A DNA stretch of 24,000 nt from the NCBI RefSeq assembly GCF_014931565.1, contig NZ_CP063353.1, positions 3,798,872-3,822,871 of the forward strand, read 5' to 3'. The stretch comes from Clostridium sp. 'deep sea'. GTDB taxonomy: Bacteria > Bacillota > UBA994 > PWPR01. The position numbers were made by a program, and so were the translations under genes. Position 1 is the first letter of the stretch. Each line of letters opens with the position of its first letter. Below are positions 1-7,072 of this stretch, piece by piece. The notes beneath the pieces are model-generated. The model did no database searches. It had not been told where the DNA came from and worked only from the letters and a program-made list of their open reading frames with translations.

Positions 1-87
1 ACAATTACATGTTTTTTTTAACTTTAAGGTAGCTTTAACTGGATGTATTTTAATCTATAACTATGATTAATTTAATCACAGTATTAA

Positions 88-116
88 TTGTAAATAAGAT
101 TTTTATTAGCTATAAT
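88..116 (+). promoter_or_regulatory. Putative sigma-A type promoter for the lipoprotein gene
   Basis: TTGTAA (88-93), 17-nt spacer, TATAAT (111-116), about 70 nt upstream of ATG 189. It lies inside the 5' extension of the ORF-track call (63..), which argues for the 189 start. Confidence 0.45.
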
Positions 117-188
117 ACAAGAGATTACATAATTAATAATTTTCTTAACTTGCAAAAAAGCATAGGACATATGAGAGAGGGAATAAGC

Positions 189-2423
189 ATGAAAAAGCTA
201 TTAAGCTTGGTGTTAACTGTTGTTTTAGTGATGGCATTAGTTGGATGTTCTGCTGAAAATAATGCTAATGGAGAGTTAAAAGAACCGATAGCGAAAGAAC
301 AAAATGATAATGAAGATTTTAGCTTAGAGTCTATTTCTAAGTTTAATCTATCAGAAGCACAACGTGGTAAAAACGAGGATCCTTTTGAAACCGTAGAACC
401 ATTACATAATGTACCAGCAGATAACCAATTTGTAATTAAACTTAATCTTGGAACTGATCCATTTGATGATTTTAGAATAGAAGAGCAGTTTGAGGTTTAT
501 ACAGATAGAGAATGTAAACGTAAACTTTTAGCAGATGTTGTTTTTGATAGAGCTAAAAATGAAATTACGGTTAAACCCGATAAAAGCAGTTGGGGAATGT
601 ATGCTAGAAAAGGTGTTGATAGTGAAGAAAAGCGTAACTGGGGTGGATTACAAACATACTACCTATTAATTAAACATGATGTTACAGCTACCAAGGTAAC
701 CAAGCTAGAAAAACCTAAACGTATGATGTTTACAGTTCAGTCGAAGGTAGATATACCAACTGTAACAGTTAAACATAATTTTGAAGGAAACTTAACATTG
801 TATTGGAAAACCATAGAGGGAGCTACCGAATACAAAATATACCGTGGAACTAGTCATGGCATGGAAGTGATTGGTTCAACAGAAAAAACTGAGTTTGTTT
901 TATCAGAAGATAGATTTAGAACTGTTGCTATGAATACCCTGGTTGGTGAAGTTTATGACTTTGCAGTTGTAGCAGTTAAGGGAGAAGAGCAGTCAAGACT
1001 AAGTAATATCATTATAGGTGATGATTTAGATGATATTGCTATTAGTAAAATAACATATGGTGAAAAAACACGTTTTTCAAGTGATGAGATAGATACTATT
1101 TTAGATTTGCCATTAAAAATAAGTGTTGATATGGTGAAATACGATGGTGATTATCATAGAAAAACTTTACCTATCATCTGGGATTTTGATAATATGGTTG
1201 TCATGAAAGGTGAAGTAGAAAAATATGTAGGAAAAGTATTAGGTACAACTTTTACTGTTAGGTATTTGCCTTTTAGCGACTTACCTACAGATGAAGAAAT
1301 AGCTGCATTTAAGGAAAAAGCAAAAGAAAATGAAGTAAGTATTGGAGCTGTAAATGTTGAAGATCAAATTGACATTCCAAATGCTCCTAGCAACGAAGAT
1401 AGCAAGGAAATGAGCAACAAAGATGTAAACGACATTGTTAATAACGATGAAGAAAAAGTGCCAGAAAAAAGTTTAGAGATAACAATTGCTGAGGGTATGT
1501 TAAAGCACGAGACAAGTATAGATATTTCTATGCATAAAGAGGCTAATGATCCTATATTATTAAAAGATACTCTCTTAAAAGTTATTACTCAATATCCTTT
1601 AATCCTTGATGAAGAAAATTATAGATATGATTATCGTAATAAAAAATTATTAATTGGCTACAGATGGACTAAAGAAGAAGCTCTGAAAAAACAAATAGAA
1701 ATAGTAAATAAAGTTTCAGATGTTGTGGGTGAAATAATTAAACCAGACATGACCATAGAACAAAAAGAACAAGCATTACACGACTGGGTTACTAGTAGGG
1801 GTGAATATCACATAGAACTCCTTGAAGCATTTTATGATGGAAAAGATATGCGAGATATTTCTGAGCAATATGCTGACTCATTTAACCCTTATGGCATACT
1901 TATTAATGGACTTGGTGTGTGTCAAAGTTATGCAGAGTCTTACAAACTATTATGTGATGCTGCAAACGTACCATGTGTAGTTGCTTCAGGCACAGTTGGC
2001 TCAGTACCTCATGCTTGGAATAAAGTTAGATTAAATGATACATGGTATCATGTAGATGCCACCAATAATGATGGGGATAGTATTCCTTATGCTGTATATA
2101 ATGCTAGTGATAAAGTAGTGTCTACAGACTTTACTACAAGTGATGAATATATATTAAACTCAGAATTAAAAAATTATGTAAGTGATAAAGATGATAAAGA
2201 TTACTACATGATAAACGGACAATTTGCTCAGTCAGAAGAAGATTTAAATATTTTATTTAATAAGTATGTTAAAACAGGAGAGGATTTTTGCATAAAAGTT
2301 TCTCCAAGTATTCCAGATGATACAATAATTAAATTATTGGCTATTAATTTTACTGATTATCCCGAATTAGCTTCTAAAGCGAAATTTGCCAAGATGTTTA
2401 ATGTATTAAAGATATTTTACTAA
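189..2423 (+). CDS. Secreted lipoprotein with a C-terminal transglutaminase-like (Cys-His-Asp) domain and a central FN3-like segment
   Basis: ORF track 63..2423. Preferred start is ATG 189, preceded by GAGAGAGG (173-180). The N-terminus MKKLLSLVLTVVLVMALVGC is a signal peptide plus lipobox (LVGC). The block GVCQSYAESY...PHAWNKV...WYHVDATN is the classic transglutaminase-like core. LTLYWKTIEGATEYKIYRG resembles an FN3 strand pattern. Confidence 0.85.
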   Translation: MKKLLSLVLTVVLVMALVGCSAENNANGELKEPIAKEQNDNEDFSLESISKFNLSEAQRGKNEDPFETVEPLHNVPADNQFVIKLNLGTDPFDDFRIEEQFEVYTDRECKRKLLADVVFDRAKNEITVKPDKSSWGMYARKGVDSEEKRNWGGLQTYYLLIKHDVTATKVTKLEKPKRMMFTVQSKVDIPTVTVKHNFEGNLTLYWKTIEGATEYKIYRGTSHGMEVIGSTEKTEFVLSEDRFRTVAMNTLVGEVYDFAVVAVKGEEQSRLSNIIIGDDLDDIAISKITYGEKTRFSSDEIDTILDLPLKISVDMVKYDGDYHRKTLPIIWDFDNMVVMKGEVEKYVGKVLGTTFTVRYLPFSDLPTDEEIAAFKEKAKENEVSIGAVNVEDQIDIPNAPSNEDSKEMSNKDVNDIVNNDEEKVPEKSLEITIAEGMLKHETSIDISMHKEANDPILLKDTLLKVITQYPLILDEENYRYDYRNKKLLIGYRWTKEEALKKQIEIVNKVSDVVGEIIKPDMTIEQKEQALHDWVTSRGEYHIELLEAFYDGKDMRDISEQYADSFNPYGILINGLGVCQSYAESYKLLCDAANVPCVVASGTVGSVPHAWNKVRLNDTWYHVDATNNDGDSIPYAVYNASDKVVSTDFTTSDEYILNSELKNYVSDKDDKDYYMINGQFAQSEEDLNILFNKYVKTGEDFCIKVSPSIPDDTIIKLLAINFTDYPELASKAKFAKMFNVLKIFY

Positions 2424-2454
2424 ATAAACATAGTTACAAAGTTTAGAGCATATT

Positions 2455-2493
2455 AAAAGACAAAATTTCTATTAATAGATTTTTTGTCTTTTT
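2455..2493 (+). terminator. Intrinsic terminator after the lipoprotein gene
   Basis: AAAAGACAAAA (2455-2465) pairs with TTTTGTCTTTT (2482-2492). An inner palindrome TCTATTAATAGA sits between them. A T-rich tail follows. Confidence 0.55.
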
Positions 2494-2695
2494 ATTTTGA
2501 TATTTTGCATACTATCTTGCTAAAAAAAATACCTTACTAATTTGTGTAACTATTATATAATGAGCTATAATTAAAGAATTCGTAAACAAGAATATATTTA
2601 AAAATATAATGGGTTGTGCAACTAGTAAATTACTTTTGTAATATGCAATAGAATTATAGTTAAAAGTAAATAAAAATAAATTAGGTGGTGACAAT

Positions 2696-3583
2696 ATGAT
2701 TGAAGCAGTGTTTAGTGAAAGTTTAAAAGGCTCTTTAAAAGTAGCAAAAAGTTATAGTAAAGAAAGTAAGCATAATAGTGCTATTGCTTATATTGGAGAT
2801 AAACAAGCTCTAAAACAATTACAAAGTAATACTGAAGGTGAAGCACTTGAAGGAAGTTCAAACGATGTTGTTTTTATTGGTTGTAATTTAGATATAGGTG
2901 ATATCAGCTGTGTTGAAAATGAAGAATCACGCAAAGATGTGTTAAAAAGCCTATTTAGTTTTGCTAGTTTTGAAGAAAATGAAATGCAAACATACCTTAA
3001 TAGACAACGCAATGACTTAAGTAAATTAATTAATGCTGCAAAAAGTGGTACAGCCATAAGAGTATGGAAAAGTAATGCACCCTACTCAGCCTGTGCTTAT
3101 GCTTATTTATGTAATACGTTAAAAAGTATTGATTGTGAAATAAGTGTAATGGAGCTACCTACATACTGGCAGACTTCCGAAACTAGCTTAACATCTTATA
3201 CTGATTGGGCAGAGATTGCACCCTATAAGTTTTATCAATTTTTATCTATAGAGCGCAAAGTATCTACATTGGAAAAGTGTTTGCAAAGTAATATTTGGAC
3301 TAATTTAAAAGAAGAAAACGCTGCATTGCGTGCTGTAGTTAATGGTAAACTAATTTCTGTTCCAGAGAACTTTTATGACCATTTAATTTTAAATAACCTG
3401 CCATCTGGCGAGTTTGAAATGGCCAGATTTATAGGTACAATTTTAGGCAAATATCCATTGGGCATTGGCGATGCTTGGTATGCACTACGTATAGAAAAAA
3501 TGATTAAAAATAATATATTACAGCTCGTTTCAATTAAAGACTGTAGTCATCAATACAGTAAAATATTAAAAAAAGTGAAATAA
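2696..3583 (+). CDS. DUF1835/DUF3658-type protein of unknown function
   Basis: Intact 295-aa ORF with RBS AGGTGGTG about 6 nt upstream. The N-terminus MIEAVFSESLKGSLK resembles the (H)IVFG.SAAGSLK start typical of DUF1835 proteins. The C-terminal ARFIGTILG...DAWYALRIEKMIKNNIL resembles DUF3658. Family assignment is from memory, not from a search. Confidence 0.6.
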   Translation: MIEAVFSESLKGSLKVAKSYSKESKHNSAIAYIGDKQALKQLQSNTEGEALEGSSNDVVFIGCNLDIGDISCVENEESRKDVLKSLFSFASFEENEMQTYLNRQRNDLSKLINAAKSGTAIRVWKSNAPYSACAYAYLCNTLKSIDCEISVMELPTYWQTSETSLTSYTDWAEIAPYKFYQFLSIERKVSTLEKCLQSNIWTNLKEENAALRAVVNGKLISVPENFYDHLILNNLPSGEFEMARFIGTILGKYPLGIGDAWYALRIEKMIKNNILQLVSIKDCSHQYSKILKKVK

Positions 3584-3664
3584 AGTGGTTTAGTTATCTT
3601 TATTAATTTTAGGTTTTATAAGATTAAAATAAATAGATATAAAGATTAATCTAGGAGGATGAAA

Positions 3665-3675
3665 ATGGACAATAA
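3665..3675 (+). other. Orphaned native start (ATG GAC AAT AA) of the EamA transporter gene, cut off from the rest by the IS
   Basis: AGGAGG (3654-3659) lies 5 nt upstream of ATG 3665. Removing 3676-5346 (the IS plus one duplicate copy) joins it in frame to 5347 onward, giving MDNKPKAVLFMLMSALSF... Confidence 0.85.
3668..3675. repeat. Left copy of the 8-bp target-site duplication GACAATAA
   Basis: Identical octamer at 5339-5346, directly abutting both IS ends. Confidence 0.85.
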
Positions 3676-3702
3676 GAGACTGTAAATATTTCTGTGTCTA
3701 AA
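3676..3702. repeat. IS256-family terminal inverted repeat (end distal to the transposase start)
   Basis: See the mobile element entry. 21 of 27 positions match the reverse complement of 5312-5338. Confidence 0.75.
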
Positions 3703-4032
3703 TAAGTTTGCTTAAAATCTGACAACAAAAACAAAGAAGAAACTAATTTAAATATAGAATTGCCAAAATCAAAGATTTTATGTATAAAAATAAATGATTT
3801 TGGCAATTTAATTTATGCTAGAATGTAATATTTTTTGAATTATTATATAAATACTTATCTATAGTTATTCTCATATGCATAACAATATCCTGTTCTGTGT
3901 ACTCATAAATCTGGTCATCAACAATTGCATGAGAACCAAGGTCAAATAGTAACTTCACTTCAATATACTTAGGATAAAGATAAAATGACCTCTAAGTAAC
4001 TTTTAAGATATTCTTTAGTAAGCGACATAAGC

Positions 4033-5256
4033 TCATCTTAAAGCAAAAGCAGCAAGCCTTTCGCCATAGAAAATCATCAGCTGATTAAGGACATTATCCC
4101 AATCCCTATATCTGGTAGTCCATTTTTCCATAATATTTTGACTAGCCAAATAAAGCATTTTTTCAAGTGATTTATTAGTTGGAAAGACTGACTTAGTTTT
4201 AGTTACTTTTCTAAACTGTCTATGAACACCCTCAATAATATTGGTAGTATACATAATTCTTCTAATTGCTAAAGGAAACTTGAAAAATGGAGATAGTATA
4301 TCCCAATTTGACTCCCAACTAGTTATAGCGTATGGGTATTTCTTGCTCCACTTTTCACCTAGCTCAGTAAGAGTTTCAAAAGCAACTTCTTCATTGACTG
4401 CTCTATATACTTGTTTGAAATCTCTAGCAAACTCTTTTCTATCCTTATAATTAACAAATTTAAAGGTGTATCTTAACTGATGTATAATACATCTTTGTAC
4501 TTCAGCGTTTGGATATGAGGCTTGTATGGCTTCTTTTAGACCTTTTAACCCGTCTATACTAAATATTAGCACATCTTTGACTCCTCGGTTCTTGAGTGAA
4601 TTAAGTATTGTTAGCCAGAACTTTGAAGATTCATTTTCACCTATCCAGATACCTAATATGTCTTTTTTACCATCAATTGTTACTCCTAATACTACATAAG
4701 CTGCTTTACTCTTAATTTGACCATCTTCTCTCACTTTATAGTGAATTGCATCCATAAATACAAATGGATAGATGTCGTCTAAAGGTCTATTTTGCCATTC
4801 ATTTATTTTAGGAATAATTTTATCTGTTATTTTACTAACCATTTCTGCTGATAATTTTATACCATATATGTCTTTTAGTTGGTCATGTATATCTCTTGTT
4901 GACATACCTCTAGCATATAGTGATATTACATTTTCTTCTATACCTGAAATATCTCGTTTATGCTTAGGTACTACCTTAGGTTCAAATTCTCCATCTCGAT
5001 CCCTAGGTACTTCAATTGCTAGTTCCCCATATTTTGTTTTTACTTTTTTTGAGGTATAGCCATTACGTTTGTTCTTTGTTTGTTTATCCTTACGCTCTCT
5101 TTTTTCATATCCTAAGCTTGTCTCTAACTCTACTTCAAGCATTTCCTGTAGGGTATCTTTGAATAGGTCTCTTAAATAGTTATGCACATCTTCTGATGTT
5201 TGTAGTTTACCTTCACTAATTATCTCTCTTAGCAATTGCTGACGTGCTGTTTTCAT
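4033..5256 (-). CDS. IS256-family (Mutator-type) transposase
   Basis: 407-aa ORF. The N-terminal LRDLFKDTLQEMLEVELETSLGYEKRERK...NGYTSKKVKTKYGELAIEVPRDRDGEFEPKVVPK and the downstream ISLYARGMSTRDI, FMDAIHYKVRE and IFSIDGLKGL blocks are hallmark IS256 transposase sequence. RBS AAAGGAG lies upstream of the ATG. Confidence 0.95.
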   Translation of the reverse strand: MKTARQQLLREIISEGKLQTSEDVHNYLRDLFKDTLQEMLEVELETSLGYEKRERKDKQTKNKRNGYTSKKVKTKYGELAIEVPRDRDGEFEPKVVPKHKRDISGIEENVISLYARGMSTRDIHDQLKDIYGIKLSAEMVSKITDKIIPKINEWQNRPLDDIYPFVFMDAIHYKVREDGQIKSKAAYVVLGVTIDGKKDILGIWIGENESSKFWLTILNSLKNRGVKDVLIFSIDGLKGLKEAIQASYPNAEVQRCIIHQLRYTFKFVNYKDRKEFARDFKQVYRAVNEEVAFETLTELGEKWSKKYPYAITSWESNWDILSPFFKFPLAIRRIMYTTNIIEGVHRQFRKVTKTKSVFPTNKSLEKMLYLASQNIMEKWTTRYRDWDNVLNQLMIFYGERLAAFALR

Positions 5257-5311
5257 TAAAAAAACTCCTTTTCTGGCTTCTCTTTGCTAAGTATTGCCAG
5301 ATTAGAGTTTC

Positions 5312-5338
5312 TTTAGACACAAAATTTTTTACATACCC
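5312..5338. repeat. IS256-family terminal inverted repeat (transposase-proximal end)
   Basis: Partner of 3676-3702. Confidence 0.75.
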
Positions 5339-5346
5339 GACAATAA
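5339..5346. repeat. Right copy of the 8-bp target-site duplication GACAATAA
   Basis: Identical to 3668-3675. Confidence 0.85.
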
Positions 5347-5365
5347 ACCTAAAGCTGTACTGTTT

Positions 5366-6190
5366 ATGCTAATGTCTGCGCTTTCATTTGTGTTTATGCA
5401 AACAATGGTGAAACTAGCAGGCGATATACCTATCTTCGAAAAGGTTTTGTTTCGTAACCTTGTAAGCTTAGTTGTAGCTCTTTATGTCATTTATAGTACA
5501 AAGACAAAGATGTTTGGTAATAAGGAAAATCAAAAATACTTACTTAGTAGGTCTCTATTAGGTGTTGGTGGTGTAGTATTTTATTTTTATGCAATTAATA
5601 ATTTAATTATGGCAGATGCTGCTATGTTAAATAAACTTTCTCCTTTTTTTGTGACAATTTTTGCTTATCTTTTCTTAAAAGAAAAGCTTAATAAAATACA
5701 AGTTCCATCATTAATAATTGTGTTTATCGGAGCATTACTAATTATTAAACCTGAGTTCAGCTTTGAAGTATTACCTGCTTTATCGGGATTATTATCTGCA
5801 ATATGTGCAGGTGCAGCATATACATTAGTTAGGTTGTTAAAAAATAAAGAGAATCCTTCTACTATTATATTTTACTTCTCTTTTGTATCTGTAATTGCAA
5901 TGATTCCCTTAACCATAATGAATTTTGAGATGCCAGTTGGTATTCAATGGTTATATCTTATTGGTACAGGAGTATTTGCTGCAATAGGTCAATATGGATT
6001 AACCTTTGCTTATAAACTTGCTCCAGCCTCCGAAGTATCTATTTACAATTATATGAGCATTATTTTTGCGGCTATAATGGGCTTTTTTATGTGGAGAGAG
6101 GTTCCAGATTTACTAAGTGTTATAGGTGGTTTGCTCATTATTGTAGTTGCAGTTGCAAGTTTTTGGTACCAGAACAAAAGAGTTGCTTAA
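5366..6190 (+). CDS. EamA/DMT-family (drug/metabolite) transporter, 5' end severed by the IS insertion and probably inactivated
   Basis: Polytopic hydrophobic protein with about 10 predicted helices and the two-repeat EamA layout (SALSFVFMQTMVKLAG..., ...GQYGLTFAYKLAPASEVSIYNYM). The frame is open back to 5306, and NKPKAVLF continues the orphaned start at 3665. There is no SD in front of the internal ATGs at 5366 and 5372. Confidence 0.8.
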   Translation: MLMSALSFVFMQTMVKLAGDIPIFEKVLFRNLVSLVVALYVIYSTKTKMFGNKENQKYLLSRSLLGVGGVVFYFYAINNLIMADAAMLNKLSPFFVTIFAYLFLKEKLNKIQVPSLIIVFIGALLIIKPEFSFEVLPALSGLLSAICAGAAYTLVRLLKNKENPSTIIFYFSFVSVIAMIPLTIMNFEMPVGIQWLYLIGTGVFAAIGQYGLTFAYKLAPASEVSIYNYMSIIFAAIMGFFMWREVPDLLSVIGGLLIIVVAVASFWYQNKRVA

Positions 6191-6227
6191 AAAATATAAT
6201 TATATTGTTTTGTTGTAATGCTTTAGC

Positions 6228-6262
6228 AATAACTCACTTATTTAATAAGTGAGTTATTTTTA
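6228..6262 (+). terminator. Intrinsic terminator after the EamA gene
   Basis: Perfect 13-bp stem: AATAACTCACTTA (6228-6240) pairs with TAAGTGAGTTATT (6246-6258). Loop TTTAA, then TTTT. Confidence 0.8.
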
Positions 6263-6288
6263 CATATTACATTAATAACAATACTTAA

Positions 6289-6363
6289 TAGATCGAAATG
6301 GTCATTTATATTTGACATTTATAGGTGCTAGAGCATATACTAAATATAGACCGAAGTGGTCTA
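6289..6363. promoter_or_regulatory. Two related palindromic boxes bracketing the promoter (candidate TetR operators)
   Basis: TAGATCGAAATGGTCA (6289-6304) and TAGACCGAAGTGGTCTA (6347-6363). The second is a perfect 6-5-6 inverted repeat, TAGACC/GGTCTA. One box lies upstream of the -35 and the other just downstream of the -10. Confidence 0.5.
6312..6341 (+). promoter_or_regulatory. Putative sigma-A promoter of the TetR/phosphotransferase unit
   Basis: TTGACA (6312-6317), 18-nt spacer, TATACT (6336-6341), 45 nt upstream of ATG 6387. Confidence 0.55.
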
Positions 6364-6386
6364 GCGGTTCTAGAAAGAGTGACATA

Positions 6387-7007
6387 ATGGAAGATAAGTT
6401 TAAAAATATAGATTTAAATAATGAAAAAGTAAAAAGAATTGTTAATGCTGCGTATGAAGAATTTGCAAAGTATGGTGAAAATAAAGCATCGTTAAATAAG
6501 ATTCTTAGATCATCGGGTATTTCAAAAGGTGTTTTTTATCACTATTTTGAAGATAAGCAAGAGCTGTTTAATTTTTTACTATATTACTCGGTTAGTAAAG
6601 CAGTAATTGATTTAGAGCAGAATTTTGATTGGAATAACAACGATATAATTAAAAGAATATGTGATGTTTCTAAGTGTAGATTTGGGATTATAATAGAGTA
6701 TCCTTATTTAATGGAGTTTATTGAGCAATTTAGAGATAAAGTTTATAACGAAGCTCAAAAAAGTAATTTTAAGGTATTTAGAGAAAAGTTCTATACATTT
6801 AATATTGATTACTCAAAGTTTAAAGATCAATCAAAAGCAAAAGAAGCTATTCATATAATTCGCTGGACTTATAAGGGGTTAGGCATAGAGGTGCTTAATA
6901 AACACGGATATGTTTTAGATGACGCTATTATTGTAGAACTTATTAATTTATGTGATTTGTACTACCAAGTATTAACTTCTCATTTTTACAAACAAGTAGG
7001 TAATTAA
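6387..7007 (+). CDS. TetR/AcrR-family transcriptional regulator
   Basis: ORF track 6312..7007 begins at a TTG that is the -35 box itself. ATG 6387 is preferred. The N-terminal RIVNAAYEEFAKYGENKASLNKILRSSGISKGVFYHYFEDKQELF is a canonical TetR HTH. Confidence 0.85.
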   Translation: MEDKFKNIDLNNEKVKRIVNAAYEEFAKYGENKASLNKILRSSGISKGVFYHYFEDKQELFNFLLYYSVSKAVIDLEQNFDWNNNDIIKRICDVSKCRFGIIIEYPYLMEFIEQFRDKVYNEAQKSNFKVFREKFYTFNIDYSKFKDQSKAKEAIHIIRWTYKGLGIEVLNKHGYVLDDAIIVELINLCDLYYQVLTSHFYKQVGN

Positions 7008-7072
7008 AGCATAATAGAAACCTAGTACTGTTGTTAACAGACAGAGTACAGTTATTGAATAGGAGGGTTACT

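Larger units (their letters stand above)
3676..5338 (-). mobile_element. IS256-family insertion sequence (1663 bp)
   Basis: Single IS256/Mutator-type transposase ORF. Imperfect terminal inverted repeats: GAGACTGTAAATATTTCTGTGTCTAAA at 3676-3702, against the reverse complement of 5312-5338, GGGTATGTAAAAAATTTTGTGTCTAAA (21 of 27 match). It is flanked by an 8-bp direct repeat, the size expected for this family. Confidence 0.9.

Noticed and set aside
63-188. N-terminal extensions in ORF-track calls (63 vs 189, 6312 vs 6387, 7031 vs 7073, 10981 vs 11008, 14023 vs 14008)
   Set aside because: The extensions lack RBSs, begin at TTG or poorly placed ATG codons, and overlap promoter elements. The TTG at 6312 is itself the -35 box. 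Downstream ATGs have good SD sequences and give canonical N-termini: a lipoprotein signal peptide, a TetR HTH and a PPDK_N start.
2512-2694. Antisense or intergenic short ORFs at 2512-2694, 2788-3057, 4241-4450, 4772-5059, 7388-7585, 11727-11930, 15650-15928, 19209-19427, 20624-20971, 22499-22687 and 23041-23229
   Set aside because: They are shadow ORFs opposite well-supported genes or in AT-rich spacers. Their composition is low-complexity or hydrophobic, and they have no RBS and no recognisable motifs.
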